Source: an uncultured Ignavibacteriales bacterium (GTDB lineage Bacteria > Zixibacteria > MSB-5A5 > GN15 > FEB-12). Taken from it: 64,000 nt of DNA. The position numbers and the translations under genes are program-made. This document shows positions 20,080-29,122 of this stretch, in pieces; the first letter of the stretch is position 1, and the number at the start of each line of letters is the position of its first letter. The stretch is from positions 124,001 to 188,000 of the forward strand of contig CAYXJN010000006.1 of NCBI GenBank assembly GCA_964464605.1, in the 5' to 3' direction. Below the pieces are notes generated by a model, which made no database searches, was not told the origin of the DNA, and saw only the letters and a program-made list of their open reading frames with translations.

Positions 20080-21228
20080 TCAGATAACGTTTATCTCTTC
20101 GACTGTTTTTCCTAAAGCAAATCGTTCCGGGGAAAGGGGACTGATATCGATACTCGGCGTTTTCCCCATAACCATTTCCGATGTCACCATTCCGGCTGCC
20201 GGAGCATGCATAAAGCCATGTCCGGAGAATCCGGCGACATGAAAAAATCCGTTCAATGACGGCTCCCACCCGATTATCGCATGATGATCCGGCGTTGTTT
20301 CATATAATCCCGCCCAGACATTCGCGATTTCCGCAACTTCCAACTGCGGCATCCGATTTAATCCCCGCTCTAAAATAGCATCGGTGTAGTTCGGGTCGAT
20401 GGAAATATCGAACGACGGTTTCACCGTTTTATCTGCCCATCCCAACAACATCCCCTGAGATTCTTTGTGGCAGTACAATCCGGTAGAAACATCGACCACC
20501 ATCGGGAAAAACGGCTTCACGAAATCAAGCGCGCCGGTCGTGACAATCTGCCGTTTGAGCGGTTCAATCGGAATGTTCCGACCGATCATCTGCCCGATCA
20601 ATTTCGAAAACGGCCCGCTGCAATTGAGCAACAAAGGTGTGCTGATTTCGCCGTTTGGTGTTTGAACACCAACGATTTTATCGGCTGCTAAGTTGATGCC
20701 GGTGACCGGAGAATCTAAAAGAATTTCCACGCCCATTCGCCGGGCAGCTTCTGCATAGCCGGATAGAAACTCGTACGGATCTCCCAACCCATCCTTCTTG
20801 CAGAATGTCGCCAAGAGGATATCATCAAGACGAACGTGCGGCGCATATTGCGGAATGTCGGATGGCTGCAAAAGTTCGGCGGGAAGGCCAAGCGAACGCT
20901 GGAGTTCGTAGTGCTTTTTGTAGGCGGCGACATCGGCTTCATTATCCAGTAAGAACAAATAACCGACCTGATCGAACAGGGCATGGTAGCCGGTATCTTC
21001 CTGAAACCGTTCGAACAACGATTCGGATAGCATCGACATTTCGATATTAACTTTAGTCGAAAACTGGGCACGGATACCACCGGCTGCTTTGGAAGTCGCG
21101 CCGGAGCCGAGTACCGGCTCTTTTTCCAAAAGGACTATCGAACCGAATTTTGCTTTCGCTAAATAAAAGGCGACGGCGGCGCCGATAATCCCGCCGCCGA
21201 TTATTACGACATCGGCCTGTTTTTTCAC
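20080..21228 (-). CDS. FAD-dependent oxidoreductase, DAO/sarcosine oxidase beta-subunit-like
   Basis: VVIIGGGIIG, GATSKAAGGIR, WAGLYETTPDHH, GFSGHGFMHAP. Confidence 0.88.
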   Translation of the reverse strand: MKKQADVVIIGGGIIGAAVAFYLAKAKFGSIVLLEKEPVLGSGATSKAAGGIRAQFSTKVNIEMSMLSESLFERFQEDTGYHALFDQVGYLFLLDNEADVAAYKKHYELQRSLGLPAELLQPSDIPQYAPHVRLDDILLATFCKKDGLGDPYEFLSGYAEAARRMGVEILLDSPVTGINLAADKIVGVQTPNGEISTPLLLNCSGPFSKLIGQMIGRNIPIEPLKRQIVTTGALDFVKPFFPMVVDVSTGLYCHKESQGMLLGWADKTVKPSFDISIDPNYTDAILERGLNRMPQLEVAEIANVWAGLYETTPDHHAIIGWEPSLNGFFHVAGFSGHGFMHAPAAGMVTSEMVMGKTPSIDISPLSPERFALGKTVEEINVI

Positions 21229-21377
21229 TCTCTCTCCAGCAACTCATCATACTGCGAATTCATGCGACAGAAAGTATGCACCAACCGGGAAGTCGGCAAG
21301 GGTAATTCGCGGGAAAATGTTGCGGAGTATTATCTTGTCCGGCTGTACGGCAGGGCGTACCATTTCAGGCACTACGT

Positions 21378-23684
21378 ATGCATTACCCGCGTGTCCGAAC
21401 CGATTTAGAGCATGTCCAGTCGACGATCGACGGACAAACATTCTACACGATCAAAGACCCGATTACCGGCACATTCTTTCGGGTGCGTGAGCCGGAGTTC
21501 TGGATACTTTCCCGACTCGACGGGCACACCTCGTTCGAAACCATCGCCATTCAATTTTCCGAAAGATTCGGTGCCACCCTTTCGACGCAAGCGGTGGAGC
21601 AGTTCACTAATCGTTTGGGTACGCTTGCTTTTTTAGAAACGAACAGCAGCGAGCGAAAAGTAGATGACGCCAAAGAAAGCCAGGCGAAGAAAAAATCTGC
21701 CCTTTCCCGTATTCTGTATATCAAATTAGGGAGCGTTAATCCGGCTAAAGTTCTGGCTCCCTTGGCGCGCTGGTATCGCCCGTTTCATTCTATCTATCTG
21801 TTCCTCTTGGCAACGGCGATTATTCTCTTCGGACATCTTGTTTTATATCTCAACAGCGCTTCGTTTACGTTCGATTTGATGTCCTTTGCGACCGTCAACT
21901 CCATCGTTATTATTCTCTTGTCATTATTCATTCTCGTGACCATCCATGAATTTGCCCATGCTGTTGTCTGCCGCTATTACGGGGGAGAGGTGCGTGATAT
22001 GGGGTTTATGCTGATGTACTTTCAGCCCTGCTTTTATGCTGATCTTTCCGATGCCTGGATGTTTCCGAAAAAAACGCATCGCTTAGCCGTTACCTGGGCG
22101 GGGCCGTTCGCGCAGTTTGTATTGACTGCGCTTGCCGTAATCGTCTGGCGCGTGACAGTACCGGGCACGTGGGTGAACCATCTTGCCGCTGCTATTACGG
22201 TTATTTCATGGGTAACGATTCTCTTTAATTTCAATCCGCTGATTAAGCTCGACGGATACTACCTGCTTTCCGATTGGGTGGAAATTCCGAATCTGCGTGC
22301 GAAATCATTCGCCTATCTTGATTATCTGTTCCAGAGGCATATCCTCGGTTGGCCGATTGAAAAGCCGGATGCCACCCCGCGGGAGCGAACAATTTTTCTT
22401 TTATACGCCATACTGGGAATGATTTTCTCGGTCGCGCTCGTGGTGTTGTTCTTCATGACAGCCGTTAAGTTCGTGCATGCGCAGTTCGGGGGATTCGGTT
22501 TGGGCTTGTTGCTTCTGCTGGTTTTGTATACGTTACAGCCGGCGATATTCGCGCTTGGGCGTGGAGTAGTGCGCCATATATCAGTTATGAAATCACTTGT
22601 CTCCCGTCCTTTACGTTTAGTGCGAACACTTGTCGTGATCGTGCTGCTTTTTATTGTGCTTGTTGTCATACCGTTTCCGCATACGGTATCCGGCGATGTC
22701 ACCGTACAGCCGATTGCCAAGTTTGATTTACTCTTAAATCAACTCGGATTACTTGAAAGCAAAGTTTCGTTCGGCGGTGCTGTACGGGAATCGAAATCGA
22801 CTTTCTTGCAAACGACAGTTGATGAAATGTCCCGCCTTGACCTCGTTCCGTTAGTACGGGATGGGCAACAGGTAAAAGCGGGGGACACGGTGGCAGCGTT
22901 GTCATCGACCCATGTGAACAAAGAAATCGAGCAGGCTGTTTTCGAGCTGCAGCGCTTGAATGATCAACTTGCCCTCTTGCAATCTCCGCCGAAGAAAGAA
23001 GCAGTTGCGCAGGCGGAAGCGGAAGTGCGCGCATCCAAAGTCAATCGTGATCAATCCGAGCGTGAATTGAAGCGTTTGAAAGATTTGGCGGATAAAAAAC
23101 TGATAACGGCAGAACAATTGGAAGCCGGTCAGACAGCGTTCGATGTTGCCTCGGCCGATGTGAGCAACAAAGAGTCTCGTCTGCGTCTTTTGAAGGCTCC
23201 GCCCAAGAAAGAGGAGGAGGCGGTCATCCGTTCGCAGATCGGGATGCAGGAAACAAAGCTCCAGTACCTTCGCATTCAGGCGGCTTCGCAATCTTTTACG
23301 ACCCCGATTTCCGGAACGGCCTCGACTTTTGCAAATAACGGCAGTGTCGTCAGTGTGGCAGAGGTCAATAAAGTTGAAGTGCAGATACCGGTGTCAGATT
23401 TTGACATCGCATTGATCGATACCGGGCAGGAAGTAAAGGTCCGCGTACGTTCCGATGCCGAACGTGCGTTTACCGGAACAGTTGTGCATATTCCCAAGCT
23501 TGCAACGGAAGTTAATGGCCAAGCACGATTTATGGTGACCGTACAGCTGGATAACAGTGACGGCGCTCTAACCAGCGGCGTCAGCGGCTATGCGAAGATA
23601 GTCGTTGGCAGGCGTTCACTTGCCGCTCAGGGCTTACGCAAATTAAAGTCACTGTTTAGGGTCGAATTCTGGTCTCTTTGGTAA
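21378..23684 (+). CDS. RRE/PqqD-like domain + M50 (site-2) zinc metalloprotease + HlyD-type membrane fusion domain protein
   Basis: N-terminal ~85 aa (IKDPITGTFFRV...LSRLDG...FTNRLGTLAFLE) is PqqD/RRE-like. HEFAH, WAGP and NFNPLIKLDGYY are M50 motifs. VRDGQQVKAGD lipoyl half, coiled coil and TPISG are HlyD features. Confidence 0.85.
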   Translation: MHYPRVRTDLEHVQSTIDGQTFYTIKDPITGTFFRVREPEFWILSRLDGHTSFETIAIQFSERFGATLSTQAVEQFTNRLGTLAFLETNSSERKVDDAKESQAKKKSALSRILYIKLGSVNPAKVLAPLARWYRPFHSIYLFLLATAIILFGHLVLYLNSASFTFDLMSFATVNSIVIILLSLFILVTIHEFAHAVVCRYYGGEVRDMGFMLMYFQPCFYADLSDAWMFPKKTHRLAVTWAGPFAQFVLTALAVIVWRVTVPGTWVNHLAAAITVISWVTILFNFNPLIKLDGYYLLSDWVEIPNLRAKSFAYLDYLFQRHILGWPIEKPDATPRERTIFLLYAILGMIFSVALVVLFFMTAVKFVHAQFGGFGLGLLLLLVLYTLQPAIFALGRGVVRHISVMKSLVSRPLRLVRTLVVIVLLFIVLVVIPFPHTVSGDVTVQPIAKFDLLLNQLGLLESKVSFGGAVRESKSTFLQTTVDEMSRLDLVPLVRDGQQVKAGDTVAALSSTHVNKEIEQAVFELQRLNDQLALLQSPPKKEAVAQAEAEVRASKVNRDQSERELKRLKDLADKKLITAEQLEAGQTAFDVASADVSNKESRLRLLKAPPKKEEEAVIRSQIGMQETKLQYLRIQAASQSFTTPISGTASTFANNGSVVSVAEVNKVEVQIPVSDFDIALIDTGQEVKVRVRSDAERAFTGTVVHIPKLATEVNGQARFMVTVQLDNSDGALTSGVSGYAKIVVGRRSLAAQGLRKLKSLFRVEFWSLW

Positions 23685-23709
23685 TACTTTAAGCGGAATA
23701 TTTTTCCCG

Positions 23710-23793
23710 TCACATTGTAACAGATTGTTTTCCAATGCGATCATCGCATTCGCCCGGGTGATCGCATTGTAAAATCACATTTTCCCCTTGACG
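23710..23793 (+). promoter_or_regulatory. Array of TCRCATT boxes with a palindrome, upstream of a TTGACG -35 box
   Basis: TCRCATT at 23710, 23744, 23762 and 23775, inverted copy at 23734-23740 (palindrome AATGCGAT-C-ATCGCATT, 23734-23750), TTGACG at 23788-23793. Confidence 0.5.
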
Positions 23794-23921
23794 TTTTTTC
23801 ACTTTTACGTTTCTTTTTAGGCAGTGAAGACCAAGACCAGTAAACCCTGCGGTGGTCTTGTACGTTGTTGGGATAACTACGCGCAGGTACACGATGAATC
23901 ATTTGGAAGGAGGTGACCCAA

Positions 23922-23996
23922 ATGGAATACACACTGACAGTTGAAGTGTTGGAGGCCCGTATCGCTCCGGTCGGTATTTCCCAGGGCGGTCAGTAA
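23922..23996 (+). CDS. 24-aa peptide MEYTLTVEVLEARIAPVGISQGGQ (LExRIAP leader-like motif), putative precursor peptide
   Basis: AAGGAGGTGA SD ending 5 nt before the ATG, clean ORF ending TAA, followed by an intrinsic terminator, adjacent to the RRE-M50-HlyD gene. Confidence 0.8.
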   Translation: MEYTLTVEVLEARIAPVGISQGGQ

Positions 23997-24022
23997 TACG
24001 ACCCTCTAAACAATAACGAAGA

Positions 24023-27000
24023 TTATTGTTCGGGCAATCGCGTAGTTTGCGATTGCCCTTCTTTTTTTCCACCCAACCGTTCGTTGAGCTTACGGATCTC
24101 CAACATCAACTTTTGAATCGCGGGCATGTTCTGAAACTGTTCTTTATCGGTTGTCGAGCGAATGCTATCCCGAATCTGTCCCCAGACCTGCAATGCTTTT
24201 TTGTACATGGCGAATGCGGTCTCATACTTTTTGGCGTAAAACGATATTTCACCTTTGATCGTCATGAGCGCTGCCATCTCGGGCAGCAGCGAACTTTTAT
24301 CGGCCAGTGTGATGCCCCGCTCAACGGCAGTCGTTGCCTGTTCAATTTGACCGGTGAGCATGAAAGCCCGGGCGAGTACCTGGCAGATAAAAGGAAGCTC
24401 GATATCCTCGTTCATATTTTGTGCTGCAGAATATAAACCGGCAAGCAGTGCCGTATCAATCGCATTGGCATCACTTGCTTCAAGCGACCGCTCCAGCTTG
24501 ATCGCCATAAGAATCGTACGTTCACGGGTAAGATGAAGCTGCTCTATCAACTGTTCGGCATCGGGAATGATGCTTGCGTCCTTCGATATTTTCGCCAACA
24601 GGAACAATGAGTTGAGCGCATTCTGCATGTTATCCAGTTTTCGGGATTCGGCGAGTGTGCGGACTGCCACTGCTTCAGCTTTGGTTACGTCGCCGACATG
24701 GTAGCGTAAGCCGGCTTCGGTAATATCAGCCTCGATTGTGACATTCGGATCATCGATTTTCGAAAGAATAACGCGAACCTGACCGAGCACATTTTCGGCG
24801 TCACCGTACATGCCGATACGTTTCATCACCGATGCTTTCGCTAAACTCATAACACCGGCGCGGGGGAGGTCTTCAAGTACCTGACAAAGCTCCAAACCTT
24901 GCTTGATATAGGCAAGTGATTCACGAAGGCGGCCGGCCATAATCATGACCGCGCCGAGATTTTCAAGATTGAATAAAATCTCCCGCTTACTGCCGATACG
25001 CTGATTCAGTTCGAGTGATTCTTTCAAACAGACAACGCCCTGCTGCGGGTTGCCGGACGTGCTATACACATAGCCGAGATTATTCAGTGTTCGCGCGATT
25101 TCACCACCCAATCCTAACTCTTTCTTAAGCGCCAGACTGTGATTGTAAATACGAATGGCACGGGGGTACTGTCCACCGAGGGCGTAAACTCCGGCGATAT
25201 TGTTCAGTGTCGAGGCAACCTCGGCATCCGCTTTCATCGTTCGCTGCAAGCGCAGCGCCGCTCGGTAATTCGTGAGTGCCGATTTCAAATCAGCAGCTAC
25301 CCAGTACATATTGCCAATATTGTTTAGGGTATGCGACGCGCCAAGTTTGTCGCCGAGTGAATCGTAAATCTCCTGCGCTTTGCGTAATGATTGAATCCCA
25401 GCTTCGAACTGATGTTTCATCTTATAAATGTCACCGACATCTTTATACGTTTCGGCGAGCAGCTTGTCCGGTTTGGCATTTGTGTAGCTGTCGATAATTT
25501 GCTGATAAACCATCATCGCCGGTTCCATATTCCCCTGTTGCTTGAGAATATCGGCTTTTGCCATCAGCACAGAGCGGGTTTGCGGTATTTGACGGCACAG
25601 TTCTGCAAGTTCGATAATACCGGTGAGAAGCTGCAATGCCTCCGTGTTTCGATTTTCATTATGGAGCTGGTTTCCGCTTTCTACGCCCAATGATGCCGCG
25701 CTAACGAGTGAACCCGCAAAGGTAAAGAGTCGGGCGGCTGAGCCGTATCGTCCGGCATTATCCTCTGTCCGTCCAAGATGAGCAGCTATTCGCTTGACCT
25801 GACGATAGGAAAGCAAGGGAAGTAAAAGCATCGCGCTGGCGTAATCTTCGCTATTCGATTTAATATGCGCCTGATTTATTTCGAATCGGGTTGAGTTTTG
25901 TAAGAGGGCTAAGCGAAGCTGATGCTTCTTTTTTTGCAGCGGTGCCTTTGCAAAGTTATTCAGGAAATAGCGGCGAACCCGATTTGGCCAAATGACCGTT
26001 TTCGCAAACCGGAATTTTGTGCCGTCAAAGCGAAGCGTGCCGCGCCGGAAATTGCAGGTGAGCACACAGCGCAGATGTTCGGTATGTAAAGCGGTAATAC
26101 AATCGAGCCGCTCTCTTTCAGGTGCGTTGAGCACAAGGATGTTTTCAATGATAGACGTATACGTATGCTCTGCATCTACCAGATGACACGCCCGCAGTGC
26201 TTTCTGATACGGATAGGCTGCACCGCACTGTTGCAACAGCTCGCATACCTGCCATGCGCTGGTTAATCGCTTTTCCGGAGTTTTTGCCAAAAGCAAATTT
26301 ACCAGTTTTATCACAGTCGCAGGTAAATCTGAACGCAATTGTTCAAGCGGCGTCGGTTCTGATTCACGAATCCTGCTGTTTACTTTAACTGGGTCAGCAT
26401 CTTCCTGCATAAAAGGGTGTTGTCCCGACAACACCTGATATGCAATAATACCGAGGGCAAAGAGATCACTCTGATGCGAGGTCTGCCCATTCGCGATCGT
26501 TTCCGGCGCCATATAACCGACACTTCCTAATCCGGCACGGGCTGATTCCGGTTCAGCGGTAAGTCGGCCAAACGCGAAATCGGAAAGCTTGGTATAGAAC
26601 AACTTTGCTCCGGTCTGTGATTGCCAGTCACTCGGCAAAAAGAAATTATGCGGCTTTAAGTCAGCATGGATGATTCCGCAGGCGTGAAGATAGGCAAGAT
26701 CAAGAGCGAGTGCTGAGAGCACATTAAGCGCCAGCGGAAGTGATTCGATTTTTCCGACTCTATCCAGCGTCGGCCCCTTGCAGAGCTCCATTGCCAGACC
26801 CTCTTCCGGTTTCATGCCGGTATCCAGAATACGGACTAAGCCAGGAAAACGACGTCCCATGATAAGCTGTTGTTCGCGGGCAGCTAATTTAGCAAAGGGG
26901 ATAGCGGAAGCGGATTCGCCGGGAAGCGGACGTTTCAGCGCGATATCGGTGTTAAGCTGCGGGGAAAATAGACGAACGACTTCAGCCGTTCCGCCTTTAC

Positions 27001-27049
27001 CAAGCGGAGTGCCGGGTGCGTCGGAAAGGAGAGTATCGGGACGGCTCAT
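24023..27049 (-). CDS. Ser/Thr protein kinase with C-terminal TPR array
   Basis: LGKGGTAEV, IALK, HADLKPHN, SDFA, GYMAPE and SDLFALG kinase motifs. Repeats such as SHTLNNIGNMY, ASTLNNIAGVY and ARTLNNLGYVY are TPR-like. Confidence 0.88.
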   Translation of the reverse strand: MSRPDTLLSDAPGTPLGKGGTAEVVRLFSPQLNTDIALKRPLPGESASAIPFAKLAAREQQLIMGRRFPGLVRILDTGMKPEEGLAMELCKGPTLDRVGKIESLPLALNVLSALALDLAYLHACGIIHADLKPHNFFLPSDWQSQTGAKLFYTKLSDFAFGRLTAEPESARAGLGSVGYMAPETIANGQTSHQSDLFALGIIAYQVLSGQHPFMQEDADPVKVNSRIRESEPTPLEQLRSDLPATVIKLVNLLLAKTPEKRLTSAWQVCELLQQCGAAYPYQKALRACHLVDAEHTYTSIIENILVLNAPERERLDCITALHTEHLRCVLTCNFRRGTLRFDGTKFRFAKTVIWPNRVRRYFLNNFAKAPLQKKKHQLRLALLQNSTRFEINQAHIKSNSEDYASAMLLLPLLSYRQVKRIAAHLGRTEDNAGRYGSAARLFTFAGSLVSAASLGVESGNQLHNENRNTEALQLLTGIIELAELCRQIPQTRSVLMAKADILKQQGNMEPAMMVYQQIIDSYTNAKPDKLLAETYKDVGDIYKMKHQFEAGIQSLRKAQEIYDSLGDKLGASHTLNNIGNMYWVAADLKSALTNYRAALRLQRTMKADAEVASTLNNIAGVYALGGQYPRAIRIYNHSLALKKELGLGGEIARTLNNLGYVYSTSGNPQQGVVCLKESLELNQRIGSKREILFNLENLGAVMIMAGRLRESLAYIKQGLELCQVLEDLPRAGVMSLAKASVMKRIGMYGDAENVLGQVRVILSKIDDPNVTIEADITEAGLRYHVGDVTKAEAVAVRTLAESRKLDNMQNALNSLFLLAKISKDASIIPDAEQLIEQLHLTRERTILMAIKLERSLEASDANAIDTALLAGLYSAAQNMNEDIELPFICQVLARAFMLTGQIEQATTAVERGITLADKSSLLPEMAALMTIKGEISFYAKKYETAFAMYKKALQVWGQIRDSIRSTTDKEQFQNMPAIQKLMLEIRKLNERLGGKKEGQSQTTRLPEQ
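24032..24068 (+). terminator. Intrinsic terminator of the peptide gene (overlaps the 3' end of the convergent kinase gene)
   Basis: GGGCAATCGC-GTAGTTT-GCGATTGCCC-TTCTTTTTTT: perfect 10-bp stem plus U-tract. Confidence 0.8.
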
Positions 27050-28872
27050 GCCGGTTTCTCAACCGGTTTCTGTTGGAAGCGCGGAAGCAGGAGCGTAAAG
27101 GTCGTCCCCTGTCCGAGCGTCGATGAAACCAAGAGCTCTCCATGATGATTTTCGTTGATAATCTTCTTGCAGTGATAGAGCCCAAGTCCATGGCCGGTTT
27201 TCTTTGTGCTGTAGTAGATCATAAAGATCTTCTTCATTGTTTCTTCGGACATTCCTATTCCGTTATCGCTGACATCGACCCGAATACGGTCGTGGAAGGC
27301 GTCGAACGATGCTGAGATGCTGATCTCACGGGTAAAGTCGAGTCCCTGCTTGGATGAGGTAACCGCGCGCTCTTCCGTAGCATCAGCTGCATTGTTAAGT
27401 AAGTTCAACAGTACCTGCTGGATTTGACCCACGTCGATTTCGCAGGTCGGCAGCTCTTTGGCCAAATCAAGGCTGAACTGCATATAGCGGAAACGGGTGT
27501 GCGGGCGGAGCGAAAAGAGCAGGTCCTCGATCAAATGACGGACATCGTATACAATATGTTCCGTTTCGACTTTCAATGAATCATTGAGTCCGTCGACGAA
27601 ACGCTTGATTCTAAAGATATTTTCGACAATAGCGTTGCCGCTGAATTTTGCTTTTTCATAATTCTTGGCGTCGATATTCATGGAAAGCAATTCAGCATTG
27701 GTGGCCGCAATCTGCAGATAATTGTTCAGTTCGTGGGCGATTGTCGCGGCCATTTCCCCTTTGGCGACCAGCTTTTCAGACAGAATGAGATGTTTCTCGA
27801 TAACCACTTTTTCAGTGACATCTTCAATCGCCATAATCAGACCATCACCGCCGTCGGGCAACGATGAAATAGGGGAGATCTTGATAGAAAGCGCTTTTTC
27901 GACAAAGGCGGTGTTATGGAAAAATCGGGCGTCGGCATATTCGGTCTTGGTGGTTAAGGCAGTGTTAATCATATACTGCCAGCGGGCACGCTCACTGTCC
28001 GGAAGTAATTCGACAAAGTAAGAAGCGTGGCCGCTATGTCCGTACATTTTCACTTTGCTTCGGTCGAGCTCAAAAATTTCAAGTGCAGCCGGGTTCATGG
28101 TGGCAACCCGTCCTTTCGTATCAAGCACAATAATACCGACCGGTACGGTTTCGACAACCGACGTGGTATAATGTTGCAGACGGTTGACGGCGCTGTGGAT
28201 TTGGGCGTTGTGCAGGGCGTTGGCAGCCATTTGCGCGTAGACCTGGAATAAGGACAAGTCGGACTGTAGGAACATCCCTTTTTCGTTCGAGTTATCAAGA
28301 TAGATAACGCCGATGATCTCTTCTTTGAGCTTGATCGGAACGCACATAATAGAGCGCAGGTTCAGTTCGGTGATTGAAGGGATATCCTGATATTTTTCAT
28401 CCGACTGGGCGTCGCTGGTATAAATAGCTTCGCCGGTAAGGGCTACTTTGGTGGCGATAGATTTGGAGAACCGGACATCGTCGTCACTCATGCCGCTTTT
28501 GCTGAATTGATGCGCCTCATGGAATTTGAGGGTGCCTTCTTCAACCGGGATAATCATACCCCGTTCGGCATTCATTAATTCGATCGCCCGCTCCATAACT
28601 TTTCTGAGCACTTCCCGCAAATCAAGCGAGGAGTTGATGAAGAGAGAGACTTCGAGAATTTCCTGAAGGTTCTTTAAGGCAAGTCCGTTTTGCGGCTGTT
28701 CATCGATACGCGGAGCTGCTTCGGTAATCCCTTCCATGATGCTGTTCGCTTCCTGAAACAGGTCAACCGGGCTGGTCGGACGCTTTTCGGTACTGTCTAA
28801 CGGATTGGATGATTCATCCGAGAGAAGCTTCCGAATATCTAATTTTCCAGTGCCTTTTCCGAAATCTTCCAC
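27046..28872 (-). CDS. Cytoplasmic GAF-PAS histidine kinase
   Basis: GAF (LRSIMCVPI..IGVIYLDN), PAS-like segment, IAHELNN H-box, QVLLNLLNNA, VSDNGIG, GHGLGL, GQGTTF. Confidence 0.92.
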   Translation of the reverse strand: MEDFGKGTGKLDIRKLLSDESSNPLDSTEKRPTSPVDLFQEANSIMEGITEAAPRIDEQPQNGLALKNLQEILEVSLFINSSLDLREVLRKVMERAIELMNAERGMIIPVEEGTLKFHEAHQFSKSGMSDDDVRFSKSIATKVALTGEAIYTSDAQSDEKYQDIPSITELNLRSIMCVPIKLKEEIIGVIYLDNSNEKGMFLQSDLSLFQVYAQMAANALHNAQIHSAVNRLQHYTTSVVETVPVGIIVLDTKGRVATMNPAALEIFELDRSKVKMYGHSGHASYFVELLPDSERARWQYMINTALTTKTEYADARFFHNTAFVEKALSIKISPISSLPDGGDGLIMAIEDVTEKVVIEKHLILSEKLVAKGEMAATIAHELNNYLQIAATNAELLSMNIDAKNYEKAKFSGNAIVENIFRIKRFVDGLNDSLKVETEHIVYDVRHLIEDLLFSLRPHTRFRYMQFSLDLAKELPTCEIDVGQIQQVLLNLLNNAADATEERAVTSSKQGLDFTREISISASFDAFHDRIRVDVSDNGIGMSEETMKKIFMIYYSTKKTGHGLGLYHCKKIINENHHGELLVSSTLGQGTTFTLLLPRFQQKPVEKPA

Positions 28873-28922
28873 GTTCGTACCAAAGTTCTCTTAATTAAAA
28901 ACAGTTGAGGTTTTGAGAATAA

Positions 28923-28949
28923 TTATCGGCGTTCGGCGAAAGACCTTAA
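28923..28949 (-). promoter_or_regulatory. Candidate sigma28 (FliA/WhiG-type) promoter of the HK-STK pair
   Basis: TTAAG-N14-GCCGATAA on the minus strand, about 50 nt upstream of GTG 28872. Confidence 0.5.
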
Positions 28950-29122
28950 CCGCAAGTATTGATTACTTTTAGGTTCAATTGCCAGTTTGGCTGACTTTCA
29001 GTCAGACTTGCTTTTTAACAAACCAACTGCCAGTAGATGACACCCAAAGCAGTGTTCGAAAAGCTAATGGACTGTCTTGCAGTATGTTACGTAATGGCAG
29101 GGAAGCGGTGAGTCAGGAAATG

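Noticed and set aside
21229..21377. Possible glycine riboswitch ahead of the sarcosine oxidase-like gene
   Set aside because: GGAGAGA is just the SD. There is no GCCGAAG...CTCAGG core, and the leader is short.
28975..29015. GAAA-containing hairpin after GCAAG, reminiscent of a c-di-GMP-I riboswitch
   Set aside because: The following GACGCAAA segment and the second stem are absent.
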